From NCBI GenBank assembly GCA_040380025.1, contig JBEIJY010000019.1, forward strand, positions 1 to 42,734: 42,734 bases of DNA, given 5' to 3'. The notes under the pieces are model-generated. The model did no database searches. It was given only the letters and a program-made list of their open reading frames with translations, and was not told the DNA's origin. A program made the translations under genes and the position numbers. This DNA comes from Bdellovibrionales bacterium (GTDB lineage Bacteria > Bdellovibrionota > UBA1018 > CAIMNF01). This document shows positions 1 to 10,113 of this stretch, piece by piece. Positions within the stretch are counted from its first letter, which is position 1, and each line of letters begins with the position of its first letter.

Positions 1-107
1 GCTGACGAAACCGGCGCTCCAGCTTCGGTTCGAGGTGAGGGACTCCTACCGAAGCCGGGTGAAATACAAAAAAGAGCTCGGCTCGGAGAGGTCTTTCCAG
101 TAGACCC

Positions 108-1088
108 ATGCCCCAGAGCAACTGCGTCATGCAAACTCAAACCTGGGGTCAGCTCGTGAAAACCCCGGGGTCAGCACGGGTGAAATCGGCCAAACAAGCC
201 GAAGCTGATTTGAACGCGGCAAAAGAGCAACTTGAAATAGCAAAAAAAGAGCTGGCGGTTTTGAAAAACAACCCAAACAACCCGAAAAAAACAGAGCTCG
301 ACACACAAATCGAAAATCTCGAGCAGGAGATCAAAACCCTCGAAGAGAAGCGGAATCAGGCACAAACCACAGACGAGGAAAGAAAAAATAACTTCATTCC
401 CATCGATCAGCGCGCGAGGTGCGTGCAAAAGGCTCTTCGTTCCGCGAAAAAAGAGTCCCAGGGAGTGACATCTGAGCCTACGTATGAAGATCTTCAAACA
501 TTTTTCTGGCTAACGATAGAAAATTGCGAACAAACGACTCTGACTGCCCAGGACCTTCAGGGATTGCCGAACCTGCGAGACCTCGAGATAGTAGATGGCA
601 AATTTGGCATACTCGATCTTTCCCCGATCCCGCAAATCACAACACTCCGTATCGGATTTGCACCCAAGCTGACGAAAATCAAGTTTTCTGATCAAACAGT
701 GCTGAAAACGCTAGCCCTGGACAATGTCAAAATCACCTCTTTAACCGAATTGATTCCGCAAACCGCCATCACCTCTAAAATCGAAATACTCAGTTTAGGA
801 TCTCTCTCTGCGGTCGAAACCATCGACTTTAGCGCCTTCTCATCGCTCATGAAAATTGAGATCATGAATCTTGAAACATTGGATTCTCTGGATTTTAGCA
901 AGAATCAAAAATTAAGTGTTCTTTATCTTTATAATACGCCTTCTCTTCGTTCTTTGGACATTCAAACCTGTCCCAAAATCACTGACCTAAATCTCTCCGA
1001 TACCGGAATAACAGAACAGAGCATGATTCTGAAATACAACCCAAACACGCTTTCATCCGATAACATCACATGGGGGACCGCACCATGA
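108..1088 (+). CDS. Leucine-rich-repeat protein with N-terminal coiled coil; paralogue of the next gene; 5' end uncertain (no signal peptide)
   Basis: Repeated LxxLxL/LDLS/LDFS motifs. Shares the N-cap (RARCVQ...PTYEDLQ...NC) and C-terminus (ILKY...DNITW) with 1085-2377. Stop overlaps the next ATG (ATGA). Confidence 0.75.
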   Translation: MPQSNCVMQTQTWGQLVKTPGSARVKSAKQAEADLNAAKEQLEIAKKELAVLKNNPNNPKKTELDTQIENLEQEIKTLEEKRNQAQTTDEERKNNFIPIDQRARCVQKALRSAKKESQGVTSEPTYEDLQTFFWLTIENCEQTTLTAQDLQGLPNLRDLEIVDGKFGILDLSPIPQITTLRIGFAPKLTKIKFSDQTVLKTLALDNVKITSLTELIPQTAITSKIEILSLGSLSAVETIDFSAFSSLMKIEIMNLETLDSLDFSKNQKLSVLYLYNTPSLRSLDIQTCPKITDLNLSDTGITEQSMILKYNPNTLSSDNITWGTAP

Positions 1089-2377
1089 ATCCGAAATTCG
1101 CACTAAAACTCCCGCTGATCATCCTGTTCCTCGCGCTCTCGACCTCGGCATGCACAAAAACGGCGGCACCCGCTCCGGCAGAGGCTTCGCCTACATCGAC
1201 CGAAAACGCAGAAAAAACCGGCACTGTTCCGGTGGTGACGAAGCAAGCAAAAGATAAAGACGAAAAACTGCGTGAAGAATTCGTTCGGGTCGAACAGCGG
1301 GCACAATGCGTACAGGAGGAGATCTTTAAGCAACTGCCTGCCGATTCCCAACCCACCTACCTTGATTTACAGAAACTGACCGGTTTGTGGCTCTCAAATT
1401 GTGGCGAGAACCTTTCACCCGAGCGCGATTTTCAAGGAATGACGAATCTGGAAACCATTGAATTCGTGGCAGACATTTTTACGACCTTGGATCTTTCGTC
1501 TCTCCCGGGAATCAAGAATGTCTCCGTTAGTAGCTCAGTTGAGAAATTGATACTGCCGAAAAATTCCAAGATCACTCATCTGAAAATTAAGTCAGGCAAA
1601 CCAACCACGCTGAATCTCTCTGACGCCTCATCCCTCAAATTTCTGTCCATCGATAGCACCACGGATAGCCCCATCGTTCATCTAGATCTCTCGCACAATC
1701 CAAAGCTGGAAGCGCTTTTTCTCAGATATATCAGGATTCAAAATCTCGACATTTCTCTCTTGAGCGAACTTCGATCTGTGCACTTAGAAGGCCTGTTCGA
1801 TTTGGAATCATTATCGGGTCTCGCTCATCACCCAAAGATCCAGGATTTGACTTTGCTCTCTCTGAAATCACTCCAAAATGAGGTGGACATCTCCCATCTT
1901 ACTCAGTTGAAGCATTTGGAACTGCATTCTCTGAACAAAAAACTGAGTAAGGAAAGTGTGAATTTTACACAATATCCTGATCTTGAATCCCTGTCTGTGT
2001 CGCATTCCGTGACGGACGAGTTTCAGCAGGTAGACCTTTCGGGCAACAAGAAACTCAAGAAATTGAAACTCTCTGGTTTTGAATCTCAGAAAACGTTAAA
2101 CCTCGCGCAACAAACCGAACTCGAGGAAATCACAATCTATAATCTTCCTGAGCTTACAAGTTTGGACTTCTCTTCGAACCCGGAACTCGAAATCTTGAAT
2201 CTAGAAGACGTTCCGAAAATTGAATCGATTGACATCCGTAAAAACCAAAAGATTACAGATGTATATCTATTTTCCACCCACATCACCAAGACCCTCAATA
2301 GTAGCAGAAATATCTTAAAATATGATCAAAAGACTCTTCTCGAGGACAATATCGGTTGGGCAAGGAACGATCCGTAA
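1085..2377 (+). CDS. Leucine-rich-repeat lipoprotein
   Basis: Signal peptide with lipobox-like LSTSA-C, Ala/Pro/Thr linker, cap RAQCVQ...PTYLDLQ...NC and many LDLS/LNLS/LEIL repeats. ATG at 1085 overlaps the upstream stop. Confidence 0.85.
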   Translation: MNPKFALKLPLIILFLALSTSACTKTAAPAPAEASPTSTENAEKTGTVPVVTKQAKDKDEKLREEFVRVEQRAQCVQEEIFKQLPADSQPTYLDLQKLTGLWLSNCGENLSPERDFQGMTNLETIEFVADIFTTLDLSSLPGIKNVSVSSSVEKLILPKNSKITHLKIKSGKPTTLNLSDASSLKFLSIDSTTDSPIVHLDLSHNPKLEALFLRYIRIQNLDISLLSELRSVHLEGLFDLESLSGLAHHPKIQDLTLLSLKSLQNEVDISHLTQLKHLELHSLNKKLSKESVNFTQYPDLESLSVSHSVTDEFQQVDLSGNKKLKKLKLSGFESQKTLNLAQQTELEEITIYNLPELTSLDFSSNPELEILNLEDVPKIESIDIRKNQKITDVYLFSTHITKTLNSSRNILKYDQKTLLEDNIGWARNDP

Positions 2378-2407
2378 CCCGCCCCCCCGATGGCCAGTGA
2401 TTCTTTT

Positions 2408-2439
2408 TTGTTGAGAACCATTCTCAATAAGGGTATCTT
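2408..2439 (+). promoter_or_regulatory. sigma70-type promoter (TTGAGA-N17-TATCTT) overlapped by a Fur-box-like inverted repeat
   Basis: TTGAGAA-cca-TTCTCAA at 2411-2427 covers the -35 (2411-2416). The -10 TATCTT is at 2434-2439. It lies directly upstream of a TonB-family gene. Confidence 0.65.
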
Positions 2440-2448
2440 CTAGCCCTG

Positions 2449-3057
2449 ATGACCTCAATCCAGCGTCTTCCCGTCTTTGTTCCTCCGACCATCGGCAAAA
2501 GCTTTCTTTTGCACGGGAGCCTTGCGGCCCTTCTGATCGCCCTGGTGTATGTAAGCCCCACGCTCCCGCCCTCGGGCGCCTCCGATGTTCCCCTGACCCT
2601 CGAGATCAGCCCAGTAGCCCGTTCTGGCCAAAAACACACAAAGGCGCCTCTTGCGCCAAAGATCGTAAAAAAGCTCTCGTCTGCGGGCCCGGCCGAGGCC
2701 TCGCTCGCCCCTCCCGCCCCCGCTGCGCAGACCGCCGAGAGCGCCGCCTCGGGCTCCTCCGTGCATTCCGGCCCCGCCGGCTACCTCTCCGAGCTCCGAA
2801 CCCTGATCGAGCAAAAAAAGTCGTATCCGCGGCAGGCCAAGACCCTCGGTCACGAGGGGCGCTCCGAGATCCGGTTCTCGATTCTTCCCGATGGCACTCT
2901 TTCGTCGATCGAACTTCGCAAGTCCTCGGGATCGGACATTCTGGACGAGGCCGCGCTGACCCTCGTTCGGCAGGTCAGAAAGCTCTCGCCTTTTCCCGAT
3001 TCGCTCAAGCTGAGCCGGATTGATCTGATCCTCCCGATCGATTACCTCCTGAACTGA
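2449..3057 (+). CDS. TonB family energy transducer (N-terminal TM anchor, Ala/Pro linker, TonB C-terminal domain)
   Basis: YP..A...G.EG...I.F.I..DG......L.KSSG..ILDEAAL..V motif of TonB_C, plus a hydrophobic N-terminal segment containing His. Confidence 0.85.
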   Translation: MTSIQRLPVFVPPTIGKSFLLHGSLAALLIALVYVSPTLPPSGASDVPLTLEISPVARSGQKHTKAPLAPKIVKKLSSAGPAEASLAPPAPAAQTAESAASGSSVHSGPAGYLSELRTLIEQKKSYPRQAKTLGHEGRSEIRFSILPDGTLSSIELRKSSGSDILDEAALTLVRQVRKLSPFPDSLKLSRIDLILPIDYLLN

Positions 3058-3103
3058 TCCAAACCATGCCATTCGGGTGTACTTCCGTGATAAACACTCT
3101 CTC

Positions 3104-4306
3104 ATGCAGAAAGTCCTTCTTCTCGAAAACATCCACCCCTTGGCCCGCGATCTGTTTTTAAAAGACGGTTTCGTCGTCGATGCGCTGAAGGGCGCCCTGA
3201 CCGAAGACGAGCTGATCGCGAAGCTCCCGGGCTATGACATTCTCGGCATCCGGAGCAAGACCTACCTGACCCGCAAGGTGTTCGAAGCGGCAAAGAGTGT
3301 CGGCACCGTGGGTTGTTTTTGCGTCGGCACGAACCAGGTCGATCTGAAGGCCGCGCGCGATCACGGCGTGGTGGTGTTCAATGCCCCCTTCAGCAACACC
3401 CGGAGCGTCGCCGAAATGGTGCTCGCCGAAATCGTGATGCTCTCGCGCAAACTCGGAACGAGGAACACCGAGATGCACCAGGGAATCTGGAACAAGAGCT
3501 CGGCCGGATGCTTCGAGGTGCGCGGGAAAACTCTGGGAATCGTGGGCTACGGCAACATCGGAACCCAAGTTTCGTTTCTGGCCGAGGCCTTCGGAATGCG
3601 CGTGGTGTTCTACGACATCGTCTCGAAGCTCCCGTTCGGGAATGCCAAGCCCATGTCGACCCTCGAAGAGGTGCTCGCGCAATCGGACTTCGTGACCCTG
3701 CATGTTCCCGCGACCGAAGACACGCGGAACATGATCCGTCAGGCCGAGCTTTCGGCGATGAAAAAAGGCGCCTGCCTGATCAACGCCTCGCGGGGCGATG
3801 TGGTCGACCTCGCGGCCTTGAGCGAGGCGATCGGTTCGGGACATCTTGCCGGGTGCGCGCTCGATGTGTTTCCTGAAGAGCCCGAGAACAATCAAAAGGG
3901 CTACCCCTCGCCCATGATGGGACTCGAGAACGTGATCCTGACCCCGCACATCGGGGGCGCGACCGAAGAGGCGCAGGTGAACATCGGCCGCGAGGTCGCC
4001 TCGACCCTGATTCGCTTTGCGCAAACCGGCTCCACGCTACGCTCGGTGAACTTCCCGCTGGTCGATCTTTCGATCGAACCGGGCAATACCCGCCTCACGA
4101 ACGTGCATCATAATGTCAAAGGGGTGCTGAAGGAGATCAACCGGATCCTCTCGGAATATGGCGCGAACATCCAGGCGCAGTCGCTTCACACCGATCATGA
4201 GCTCGGGTATCTGATTGTCGATCTCGACAAGCCCGTTACAGATGACCTGATCGTGGCGATCCAGGGGCTCAAGACCTCGATTCGCACGCGCCGGGTGCCG
4301 GTCTGA
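3104..4306 (+). CDS. serA: D-3-phosphoglycerate dehydrogenase with C-terminal ACT domain
   Basis: GIRSKT, FCVGTNQVDL, NAPFSNTRSVAE, GIVGYGNIG, INASRG, TPHIGGATEEAQ; E. coli-type SerA architecture. Confidence 0.96.
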   Translation: MQKVLLLENIHPLARDLFLKDGFVVDALKGALTEDELIAKLPGYDILGIRSKTYLTRKVFEAAKSVGTVGCFCVGTNQVDLKAARDHGVVVFNAPFSNTRSVAEMVLAEIVMLSRKLGTRNTEMHQGIWNKSSAGCFEVRGKTLGIVGYGNIGTQVSFLAEAFGMRVVFYDIVSKLPFGNAKPMSTLEEVLAQSDFVTLHVPATEDTRNMIRQAELSAMKKGACLINASRGDVVDLAALSEAIGSGHLAGCALDVFPEEPENNQKGYPSPMMGLENVILTPHIGGATEEAQVNIGREVASTLIRFAQTGSTLRSVNFPLVDLSIEPGNTRLTNVHHNVKGVLKEINRILSEYGANIQAQSLHTDHELGYLIVDLDKPVTDDLIVAIQGLKTSIRTRRVPV

Positions 4307-4307
4307 T

Positions 4308-6101
4308 TCAGGCGCGGCCGCCGGATTTTTCTTCGAGCTCGGCCCAGCGTGCGTACAAGCGCTCGATTTCGGCCTGAAGGGCCCCCATCTCCTCGCTCGC
4401 CTTCAAAAGCTCGATCGAGTTGCCCGCGATCTCGGGCCGCTCCGAATGCGCCGTCACCTCGGCCAAGCGTGATTCCTTTTCAAGAATCACCGACTCCATC
4501 CGGTCGAACTCCAGCTGATCTTTATAGGTGAGCTTCTTGCGCACGGCCCGCTCCTCGCGGGGCGGCTCTTTCGCCGGGCCGGCGGCCTTCGGTTTTTCTT
4601 GCGCAAGCGCGGCCCGGAACCAGCGTTCCCACTGCTCCATCTCGGAGAACGAAACCATCTCGGGAATCGCGATGATCTGATCGCACACCTCGTCCATGAA
4701 CCTCCGGTCGTGGGTCACCAGAACGACCGCACCCGGAAAATCCTCGAGACACTCCCGAAGAACGGCTAGTGTCTGGAAATCCAGATCGTTTGTCGGCTCA
4801 TCGAGAATCAGCAAATTCGCAGGCCGGAGCATCAAGCGAGCAAGAAGGAGCCGCGCCTGCTCGCCGCCCGAGAGCTTCCCGACCAGAACATCGGCCTCGG
4901 GCCCGCTGAACAAAAACCGATCCAGATACGACCGCACATGGAGCTTCTTCCCCTGAAACTCGATCGTCTCGCCGTACGGGCACACCGTCTTCAACACCGT
5001 GAGATCGGGATCGAGACTTTCGCGATTCTGCTCGAAGTACACGACCTCGAGGGCGTCGGCCCTCCGGACCTCGCCCGAGTCGGGCTGTTCGGTTCCCGCA
5101 ATCAGGCGAATCAGCGTGGATTTTCCGGCGCCGTTCCGCCCCACCAGGCCGAGCCGGGTTTTCTGGCGGATCAGAATCGAGACGTCCTTCAAAATCGCGC
5201 GACCGTCATACCCCTTCGATGCGCTCTTCAGCTCGACCAGTTTTTTCGGTCCGGGCCCGAGGGCGTCCCACTCCAGCCGGATCGACGAATCGCGATTCTT
5301 CCCGGCGAGATCCCGCACCTCGTCCATCAGTTGCCCTGCGCGATCGATCCGCGCTTTTTGCTTCGTGGTGCGCGCCTTGGCTCCGCGCCGGAGCCACTCC
5401 ACTTCGCGGCGGAGCGTGTTCCGGAGCGACTCCTCGCGCGCGGCCTGCGCCTCCAGATACTCTTCCTTCACCTTCTCGAACTGGTCGTAATTTCCGTCGA
5501 CACTCAGAATCCCGCCCGGATTCCGGCGATCGATCTCGATCGTGCGATGGGCGATCCGGTTCAAGAACGCACGGTCATGGCTCACCATCACGATGCAGGT
5601 CGGAATCTCGCGCAAAAAATCCTCGAGCCAAAGAATGCTCTCGACGTCGAGATGGTTGGTGGGCTCATCGAGGAACAAAACATCGGGGTTTCTTGCGAGC
5701 TCACGGGCGAGCGCCACCTTCTTCTTCCAGCCGCCCGAGAGCGTCCCGGTTTTCACGTCGGGAATCGCGAGACGCGAAATCGCCTCTTCGGCGGCACTGA
5801 TTCCACTCCAATCCTCGGGGTTCTCGACGCCCTGATACACGACCTCACGCGTGCCGAGATGATCGTCGACCTCGGGGGTCTGCGGAAGATACCCCACCCG
5901 AAGGCCGCGCGTGCGTGCGACGGTTCCCGAATCAGGATCGATCCTTCCCGAGAGGATCCCGAGCAGGGTCGACTTGCCCGCGCCGTTCCGCCCGACGAGC
6001 GCGATTTTCTCGCCCCGGGACACGCTGAAGGTCAGGCCCTCGAACAGCGTCCGGTGGGAGAACGCGAAGCGGAGCTCATGGATGCTCAACAATACTGACA
6101 T
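4308..6101 (-). CDS. ABC-F family ATPase, Uup-like (two ABC domains plus C-terminal coiled coil)
   Basis: Two Walker A motifs (GRNGAGKST), LSGG signatures, LDEPTN motifs, linker E..WLRRG.KAR.TKQKARI and C-terminal KKLTYK...LYARW.ELE. Confidence 0.93.
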   Translation of the reverse strand: MSVLLSIHELRFAFSHRTLFEGLTFSVSRGEKIALVGRNGAGKSTLLGILSGRIDPDSGTVARTRGLRVGYLPQTPEVDDHLGTREVVYQGVENPEDWSGISAAEEAISRLAIPDVKTGTLSGGWKKKVALARELARNPDVLFLDEPTNHLDVESILWLEDFLREIPTCIVMVSHDRAFLNRIAHRTIEIDRRNPGGILSVDGNYDQFEKVKEEYLEAQAAREESLRNTLRREVEWLRRGAKARTTKQKARIDRAGQLMDEVRDLAGKNRDSSIRLEWDALGPGPKKLVELKSASKGYDGRAILKDVSILIRQKTRLGLVGRNGAGKSTLIRLIAGTEQPDSGEVRRADALEVVYFEQNRESLDPDLTVLKTVCPYGETIEFQGKKLHVRSYLDRFLFSGPEADVLVGKLSGGEQARLLLARLMLRPANLLILDEPTNDLDFQTLAVLRECLEDFPGAVVLVTHDRRFMDEVCDQIIAIPEMVSFSEMEQWERWFRAALAQEKPKAAGPAKEPPREERAVRKKLTYKDQLEFDRMESVILEKESRLAEVTAHSERPEIAGNSIELLKASEEMGALQAEIERLYARWAELEEKSGGRA

Positions 6102-6120
6102 GGCAACGGGGACCTTTCAT

Positions 6121-6152
6121 GAAAACGCCCCGATGGAATCTCCACCGGGGCG
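6121..6152 (-). terminator. Probable intrinsic terminator after lon
   Basis: Minus strand CGCCCCGGTGGA-GAT-TCCATCGGGGCG followed by TTTT; the U tract is short. Confidence 0.6.
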
Positions 6153-6175
6153 CGTGTTCAGGCTGGATTTTGATC

Positions 6176-8641
6176 TCAATGCTTCACGGCGGCCGAGGGC
6201 TTGGCCTTCACCACGGCCTTCTCGAGAAGGGGCGCGGGAATGTCGCCCAAGGATCCGGCTTTCGCGAGGAACTCCTCGGGCTTTTCGAGCGAAAGGGCGC
6301 ACCGGAGCACCTGATCGACATGATCGACCGGGATGATCTTGATTCCCTCTTTCACCTCGAGCGGGATCTTCTTCAGATCCGCCACGTTGTCCTTCGGGAT
6401 GAGCACGGTTTTGATCCCCGCGATTTTCGCCGCAAGGAGCTTTTCTTTCAGCCCGCCGATCGGAAGCACGCGTCCACGGAGGGTCACCTCTCCGGTCATC
6501 GCAACATCACGCTTGACGGGAATCTTGGTGAGCGCGCTCGTGATCGCGGTCGTCATCGTGATCCCGGCCGAAGGACCATCCTTCGGAACCGCTCCTTCGG
6601 GAACATGGAGGTGGATGTCGATGTTCTGATAGAAGTCCGGGCTCAGGCCGAGCGACTCGGCACGCGAGCGCACATACGACATCGCGGTGGTCGCCGACTC
6701 CTGCATCACATCGCCGAGCTTGCCGGTGATCTTGACCGCGCCCTTGCCGGGCACGACCGAGACTTCGATCTGGAGCATCTCGCCGCCCATCTCGGTGTAA
6801 GCAAGGCCGTTCGTGAGTCCGACCTCGTTGTTCTCTTCGAGCTTGTTCGCAAGATAACGTGGTGGCCCGAGCATCTCTTCGAGATCGTCGGCCCGGACAC
6901 GGATCACGCCGATTTTCTCGGTCTTCCGCGCCTTCACCGCCTCGAGCCTGAGATCCACGAGCTTCTTCGCGACCTTCCGGCACACGGTGGCCATCAGGCG
7001 CTCGAGGTTCCGCACGCCCGCCTCGCGGGTGTAAAGACGGATCACATTGCGAAGCGCGTCCTCGTCGACCGAGATGTCCTCGACCCGGAGGCCGTGCTGT
7101 TCCATCTGCTTCGGCAGAAGATACTTCTTCGCGATGTTGAACTTCTCGATTTCGGTGTAGCCCGAGATCGTGATCACTTCCATCCGGTCCAGGAGCGGAC
7201 GGGGGATCCCGCTGATGGAGTTCGCCGTCAGGACGAACATCACCTTCGAGAGATCGTAATCGACTTCGAGATAATGATCGCCGAAGTTCATGTTCTGCTC
7301 GGGATCGAGCACCTCAAGGAGCGCCGACGAAGGATCGCCGCGGAAGTCCATGCTCATCTTGTCGACCTCGTCGAGAAGGAACACGGGGTTCGAGGATCCG
7401 GCCTTCTTCAGGCTCTGGATGATCTTTCCGGGAAGCGCACCAACATAAGTACGGCGGTGACCGCGGATCTCGGCCTCATCGCGTACGCCGCCCATCGAGG
7501 CGCGGACGATCTTTTTATTGAGCGCCTTTGCGATCGAACGGGCGAGCGAGGTCTTTCCGACCCCCGGAGGCCCGAGGAAGCAAAGAATCTGCCCCTTCGA
7601 GTGCTCGGTCAGGGTGCGAACGGCGAGGTACTCGAGCAAGCGCTCCTTCACGTCCTCGAGACCGTAGTGGTCCTCGTTCAGGATGTCCTCGGCCGCCTTC
7701 AGGTCATGGCTGTCCTCGGTGTGTTCGCCCCAGGGAAGACTGATGATCCAATCGATGTAGTTCCGGACCACGGTCGCCTCGGCCGACATCGGCGACATCA
7801 TCTTCAGCTTCTTCAGCTCCTTGGTCGCCTTCTCTTTGGCTTCCTTGCTCATCGGCTTCATCTTGATCTGCTTTTCGATGGCCTGGAGCTCGGCTTTGAA
7901 CTCGTCCTTTTCGCCGAGTTCCTTCTGGATCGCCTGCATCTGCTCGTTCAGGTAATATTCCTTCTGCGACTTCTCCATCTGCTTCTTCACGCGGGTGCGG
8001 ATGCGGCGCTCGACCTGGAGGATCTCGATCTCGCCCTGCATGAGCTCAAGCAGTTTCTCGAGCCTGCGGGCGGGATCGGTGATCTCGAGAACCGCCTGCT
8101 TGTCCTCGAAGCGCAGATTCAGGTGGGCGACGATCACATCGCCCAGACGGGAGGAGTCCTCGATTCCGTTCACGCTCATGAGCATCTCGGGCGGAATCCG
8201 CTTGTTCAGCTTCACGTAGTTCTCGAAGGTGGCTTTCAGAGACCGGACGAGGGCCTCGCTCTCGACGCCTTTCTCGGAGGCTTCGACCACCACCTCGACA
8301 TCGGCCTCGATCATCTGCTCGCCGTCGTTGAACCGGAGCATCTTCGCGCGGCGCTTTCCTTCGATCAGCACCTTCACGGTGTTGTCGGGAAGCCTCAAAA
8401 TCTGGAGAATCGTGCCCAGGGTTCCGATCTGGAAGATATCCTTCTCGCCCGGGTTCACAGTGGTCGCGGCCTTCTGGGCCACGAGGAAGAGCTCCTTCTT
8501 CTTTTCGACGCACTCTTCGAGTGCATGGATCGACTTTTCCCGGCCCACGAAGAGGGGCACCACCATGTGGGGGAACACGATGACCTCCCGGAGGGGAAGT
8601 ACGGGTACGGTGAGCTTCTCGGTCTTGCTTGGTTTGCTCAT
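6176..8641 (-). CDS. lon: ATP-dependent protease La (LonA)
   Basis: N-terminal VLPLR..VFP, Walker [23 protein letters not shown], catalytic PKDGPSAG and PIGGLKEK. Confidence 0.98.
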   Translation of the reverse strand: MSKPSKTEKLTVPVLPLREVIVFPHMVVPLFVGREKSIHALEECVEKKKELFLVAQKAATTVNPGEKDIFQIGTLGTILQILRLPDNTVKVLIEGKRRAKMLRFNDGEQMIEADVEVVVEASEKGVESEALVRSLKATFENYVKLNKRIPPEMLMSVNGIEDSSRLGDVIVAHLNLRFEDKQAVLEITDPARRLEKLLELMQGEIEILQVERRIRTRVKKQMEKSQKEYYLNEQMQAIQKELGEKDEFKAELQAIEKQIKMKPMSKEAKEKATKELKKLKMMSPMSAEATVVRNYIDWIISLPWGEHTEDSHDLKAAEDILNEDHYGLEDVKERLLEYLAVRTLTEHSKGQILCFLGPPGVGKTSLARSIAKALNKKIVRASMGGVRDEAEIRGHRRTYVGALPGKIIQSLKKAGSSNPVFLLDEVDKMSMDFRGDPSSALLEVLDPEQNMNFGDHYLEVDYDLSKVMFVLTANSISGIPRPLLDRMEVITISGYTEIEKFNIAKKYLLPKQMEQHGLRVEDISVDEDALRNVIRLYTREAGVRNLERLMATVCRKVAKKLVDLRLEAVKARKTEKIGVIRVRADDLEEMLGPPRYLANKLEENNEVGLTNGLAYTEMGGEMLQIEVSVVPGKGAVKITGKLGDVMQESATTAMSYVRSRAESLGLSPDFYQNIDIHLHVPEGAVPKDGPSAGITMTTAITSALTKIPVKRDVAMTGEVTLRGRVLPIGGLKEKLLAAKIAGIKTVLIPKDNVADLKKIPLEVKEGIKIIPVDHVDQVLRCALSLEKPEEFLAKAGSLGDIPAPLLEKAVVKAKPSAAVKH

Positions 8642-8877
8642 ACTGGGCTTTGCAGGGGGTTGTCCAGGAACTCTGAATCAGAATCCGTCCTGCGGCTCCT
8701 TCCTGATTCCTAGTTCATCACAACCGGCAGGCAATCGGTAGAGGTGTTCCCCCGAAAAGTGAAAAAAATGTCCCGAACGCGGGGCTACTGCGGCCCATTA
8801 TGCTTTTCTCTGACAGAAACGCTTGACATTGGAATTGAGTTGCAAAACGCTTTCCGTACGGTAAGGAGCCTCATCCG

Positions 8878-10113
8878 ATGATCAATGTTTACGCTGTGGT
8901 CGCCCCTGCGGTCCTGGTCCTCACTTTGGCCGAGTTCATCTACTGCATGGTCAAGAAGAACGGCTACTACACCTTTCAGGACAGCCTGATCGGAATGGGC
9001 ACCATGATCATCGCCCAGTGCGTGAATGTGGGGGTTTCGGTGGCGGTCCTGTACTGCTACGGGATCATCCAAAAGGAGTTTGGGATCTGGCAGATCGAAC
9101 CTACCGTGCCGAACGTCCTCCTTTGCTTTCTGGGAATCGACTTTTTGTTCTATTGGTTCCATCGCGCGGGCCACCGGGTGAACCTGCTCTGGGCCCTGCA
9201 CTCGACCCATCATTCGGCCGAAGAGTTGAACTATGCGGTGGCCCTGAGAACCGGTTTTTTTCAGCGTGCGGCTTCGTTCCTGTTTTACTGGCCGCTTGCG
9301 GTGATCGGTTTTCCGGCCGAGGTGATCATCCCCGTCGTGGCCGCGAATCTCGTGTTCCAGCTGATCCCCCACACCCGGGTGGTCGGGAAACTCCCCGACT
9401 GGATCGGCTTCTGGCTGAACACCCCCTACCACCATCAGGTGCACCACGGGGCGAATCGCATTTATTGGGACAAGAACTACGGCGGGACGTTCATCTTCTG
9501 GGACCGCCTCTTCGGAACCTATCAGGACCAGACCGAAGAGGTGTATTACGGCATCACCGTTCACCCCCGGTCGTGGGACCCCACTTACCTGAACCTGCAC
9601 TGGTTTTTGGTGCTCTGGAACGACATGCGACAGGCCACGCATTTTTCGGACAAAATCAAACTCTGGTTCATGCCGCCCGGCTGGCGCCCCCGGAATCTTC
9701 CTCCTTACGTGAAGAACCCCCACACCAACGAGCGCGAGCAGGTGAAGTATCGCTCGAACGCCCTTTCGGGATCGAGAGGATACCTCCTGACCCATCTGGT
9801 GCTTTCGCTTGGCGTGATGGAGCTGGTGATCAGCGACAAATCCCCGCTTCCGGGCCCGCAAAAAATCGGCGTGACCCTGCTTCTTTGGGCGGGGGTGACC
9901 CTCTGGGCCGCGATCCTCGAGTCCAAGCCATGGGCGAAGACGGTCGAACTGCTCCGGATCGCCGTGACCTTCGTGAGCCTGAACGTGATCTTCAATCTGC
10001 ACCGGTTTCCGTTCCATTGGACGGCGATTCTGGCGGCCCTGTCGGTTTCGAGCGCCCTCTGGGTGATGTTCGGAATCGGCACGAGGAAGGAGCAAACCCT
10101 TGCTTCGACCTGA
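8878..10113 (+). CDS. Fatty acid hydroxylase/sterol desaturase superfamily membrane protein, alkylglycerol-monooxygenase-like length
   Basis: His boxes YWFHRAGH, HSTHHS and HHQVHH; DKNYGG..IFWDRLFGT; multiple TM segments; RBS AAGGAG. Confidence 0.88.
   Translation: MINVYAVVAPAVLVLTLAEFIYCMVKKNGYYTFQDSLIGMGTMIIAQCVNVGVSVAVLYCYGIIQKEFGIWQIEPTVPNVLLCFLGIDFLFYWFHRAGHRVNLLWALHSTHHSAEELNYAVALRTGFFQRAASFLFYWPLAVIGFPAEVIIPVVAANLVFQLIPHTRVVGKLPDWIGFWLNTPYHHQVHHGANRIYWDKNYGGTFIFWDRLFGTYQDQTEEVYYGITVHPRSWDPTYLNLHWFLVLWNDMRQATHFSDKIKLWFMPPGWRPRNLPPYVKNPHTNEREQVKYRSNALSGSRGYLLTHLVLSLGVMELVISDKSPLPGPQKIGVTLLLWAGVTLWAAILESKPWAKTVELLRIAVTFVSLNVIFNLHRFPFHWTAILAALSVSSALWVMFGIGTRKEQTLAST

Noticed and set aside
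6119..8713. 864-aa ORF antisense to lon, and similar long antisense ORFs over clpX, hppD, speA, ALDH, hemL, hemN and speB
   Set aside because: These are shadow frames produced by GC-biased codon usage of well-conserved genes on the other strand; they have no motifs or RBS.
8811..8828. TGACA-N8-TGACA upstream of the hydroxylase gene
   Set aside because: The spacer is 8, not 6, so it is off the 11-bp period. The second copy is part of TTGACA, and no convincing -10 follows.
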